A stretch of 61,181 bases of DNA, filler included, from an uncultured bacterium (GTDB lineage: Bacteria; CAYJOG01), in the NCBI GenBank assembly GCA_964371695.1. It is 11 parts of 11 records of this genome, joined end to end, with 100 filler letters (N's around TTAATTAATTAA, not from the genome) between each part and the next. Parts side by side here need not be neighbours in the genome. Positions count along the whole stretch, not along the records: positions 55,824 to 61,181 come from CAYJOG010000223.1; 10 more parts are not named here. One strand, given 5' to 3'. The notes beneath the pieces are model-generated. The model was not told the origin of the DNA, made no database searches, and saw only the letters and a program-made list of their open reading frames with translations. A program made the translations under genes and the position numbers. Position 1 is the stretch's first letter, and each line of letters opens with the position of its first letter. Of this stretch, positions 59,187-61,181 are shown piece by piece.

Positions 59187-59741
59187 ATGTGGCTTCGCCC
59201 CCAGTTCGTGTTTCATTCGCTGGCCGACGCCACCCCCACGCTGCTTGCCCTGCCCCAGCTCAAAACAGTGCTGCTGGACGTGGACAACACCCTGGTGCAT
59301 TACCACGGCAACGTTCTGATTCCCGAAGCCGAAGCCGCCGTGAAAGACCTGCAACGCCGTCTGCATGTGGTGCTCATCAGCAACAACCAGACTGCAAGGG
59401 TCTCGGCCATTGCTCAGGCTCTTGGGGTGGCCAGTGTGCCCAACGCCATGAAGCCTTTTTCTTACGGCATCCGCAAGGCCCTGCGAGAGACCGGCGCGTC
59501 GCCGCAGGAGGCCGCCATGGTGGGGGATCAGATTTTCACCGACATTCTGGGGGCCAACCGGGCGGGTCTGGTGAGTGTGCTGACCGACCCGGCCACGGCC
59601 ATGGATTTTCCGCTCACCAAAATCATGCGCGCCATGGAGCGCTTGGCCATGGGGGCCATGGGTCTGAAACGCTGCGAGTTCCCCGGCTGCGGCATGGCTC
59701 TGCCCGCACCCGCCGAAACCACTCCCGGAAGCGCCCCATGA
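59187..59741 (+). CDS. yqeG: YqeG family HAD IIIA phosphatase
   Basis: LLDVDNTLV, ISNN, AMKP, MVGDQIFTDILGANRAG. Confidence 0.9.
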   Translation: MWLRPQFVFHSLADATPTLLALPQLKTVLLDVDNTLVHYHGNVLIPEAEAAVKDLQRRLHVVLISNNQTARVSAIAQALGVASVPNAMKPFSYGIRKALRETGASPQEAAMVGDQIFTDILGANRAGLVSVLTDPATAMDFPLTKIMRAMERLAMGAMGLKRCEFPGCGMALPAPAETTPGSAP

Positions 59742-61060
59742 GTGACGCCCCTTTTCTGCGCCTGGGCCTGCTGGGCCACCCCCTGGGCCACACCCTCAGC
59801 CCGGCCCTGCACACGTTCATGCTGCAACAGGTGGGGCGGCAGGGGTTTTATGTGCCTCTGGACACCCCCCGCTGCGCCCAGGCCATGGCGGCGTTGCGGG
59901 AGCTGGATTTTCATGGCCTGAACGTGACGGTGCCCCACAAACTCACCGCTCTTGAAAACAGTGTGGACGCCAGCGAAACCGCCCGGCTCATTGGCGCGGC
60001 CAACACGCTGGTTCCCTGCACGGGGGGCTGGGCCGCCCACAACACCGACGGTGAAGGATTGTTGATGAGCTTGCGGGAAACCTTTGGCCATCAGGCCCCC
60101 CAAAGCGCTCTGATGCTGGGGGCGGGGGGCGCTGCGCGGGGGGCGCTGTGGGCGCTGGCGGCCTGGGGGGTAAAAGACGTGCTGGTGCTGAACCGCTCCG
60201 TGGAAAAGGCAGACGCCCTCAAGCCCCTGGCCGCCGCCCTGGGGTTGTCGCTCAGCACTGGCGCACTTACCCCCACCGTGACCCACACCACCCCCCTGGT
60301 GGTGCAGACCACCACGGTGGGCATGTCGCCAGACGACAATCACACACCTGCCCGACTTTCCTTTTCACCCGGCATGAAGGTGGTGGACCTGATCTATCGC
60401 CCCCGCCCCACGCTTTTTCTTCGTGAGGCCGCCGACGCCGGTGCGGACACGCTGGACGGCCTGGCCATGCTGGTTTATCAGGCCTGGCTGGCTTTCAAAC
60501 TCTGGACAGGCACAGCGCCAGAGCCGGGGCAGCTTTTGAAACATGCGGGTGGGTTGCTGGCGTCAGGGTTTAACCCGGCCAAGCCTTTTGGTTGGGAGGG
60601 AGAGGGGCTTCCGCCGAAGTTGTGCCCGGTAAAGAAAAGGTTGGCGGATATTCTTCTGGAACAGGGCCAACTGACAGAAACGAACCTGTTGAGAGTCAAG
60701 GAAATTGCAAAACAACGAGACGGTGTTTTTTTAGGGAAAATTCTGGAAGAAGAAGGGTTGGTCACTCCTGAAAAGATAACCGAGGCCATCGGACTGCAAA
60801 TGGGGGTTTGGTTTGTGGATGTTTCCAAAGCCACACCCGATCCCGTGATTTTGAAAAAGGTTTCGGTAGACCTCTGCCGGTCCAAAAAACTGTTGCCCTT
60901 GGAAATCCGGGAAGACCGCTTGTTGGTGGCCATGGTCAACCCCATGAACCTATTGGCCATTGATGAGGTGGAGGAGGTGACGGGAACCTGTGTGTTCCCC
61001 CTCATTGCGAACGAAAGCGCACTGGCGAAAGCGTTGGATTGGTGGTTTGGGTCAACATAG
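59738..61060 (+). CDS. aroE: Shikimate dehydrogenase fused to a C-terminal MshEN/T2SSE_N domain
   Basis: GHPLGHTLSP, GLNVTVPHK, HNTDGEG, GAGGAARG, DGLAMLVYQA; no stop, then RLADILLEQG...FLGKILEEEGLV...LLPL...LLVAMVNP. Confidence 0.88.
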   Translation: MSDAPFLRLGLLGHPLGHTLSPALHTFMLQQVGRQGFYVPLDTPRCAQAMAALRELDFHGLNVTVPHKLTALENSVDASETARLIGAANTLVPCTGGWAAHNTDGEGLLMSLRETFGHQAPQSALMLGAGGAARGALWALAAWGVKDVLVLNRSVEKADALKPLAAALGLSLSTGALTPTVTHTTPLVVQTTTVGMSPDDNHTPARLSFSPGMKVVDLIYRPRPTLFLREAADAGADTLDGLAMLVYQAWLAFKLWTGTAPEPGQLLKHAGGLLASGFNPAKPFGWEGEGLPPKLCPVKKRLADILLEQGQLTETNLLRVKEIAKQRDGVFLGKILEEEGLVTPEKITEAIGLQMGVWFVDVSKATPDPVILKKVSVDLCRSKKLLPLEIREDRLLVAMVNPMNLLAIDEVEEVTGTCVFPLIANESALAKALDWWFGST

Positions 61061-61181
61061 TGGGCCGCTGGGCGATATAAACCAGCACCTTCCGCCGTGA
61101 ATAACCCCCCCGCGGGGTAACACGTTGAATAAAAAAANNNNNNNNNNNNNNNNNNNNNNNNNNNNNNNNNNNNNNNNGGGG

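Overview
This is not one continuous locus. It is about 11 unrelated ~5.3-5.6 kb contigs of a GC-rich bacterial draft or MAG, joined by artificial N-TTAATTAATTAA-N spacers, so gene neighbourhood is only meaningful within a contig. The organism looks diderm (kdsA, LptC/LptA-like, TolC) with type IV pili (pilT, pilB/gspE). Housekeeping and metabolic genes include an AidB-like acyl-CoA dehydrogenase, meaA/ecm, gshA, rsmA, rluD, aroE, pgsBCW and three radical SAM enzymes. Highlights: (1) an in-frame shikimate dehydrogenase-MshEN/T2SSE_N fusion; (2) an AT-rich ABC-ATPase + PD-(D/E)xK-like gene pair that looks like an uncharacterised defence module; (3) an AT-rich Pycsar system whose first gene overlaps the pilB/gspE stop codon; (4) a radical SAM-BCP peroxiredoxin fusion; (5) a dispersed MITE-like family built from interchangeable covarying hairpins, whose ends complete -10 boxes and stop codons; (6) pervasive leaderless gene starts; (7) several decayed toxin-antitoxin loci. 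No rRNA, tRNA or CRISPR array was seen. All protein calls come from motif recognition by eye, not database searches.
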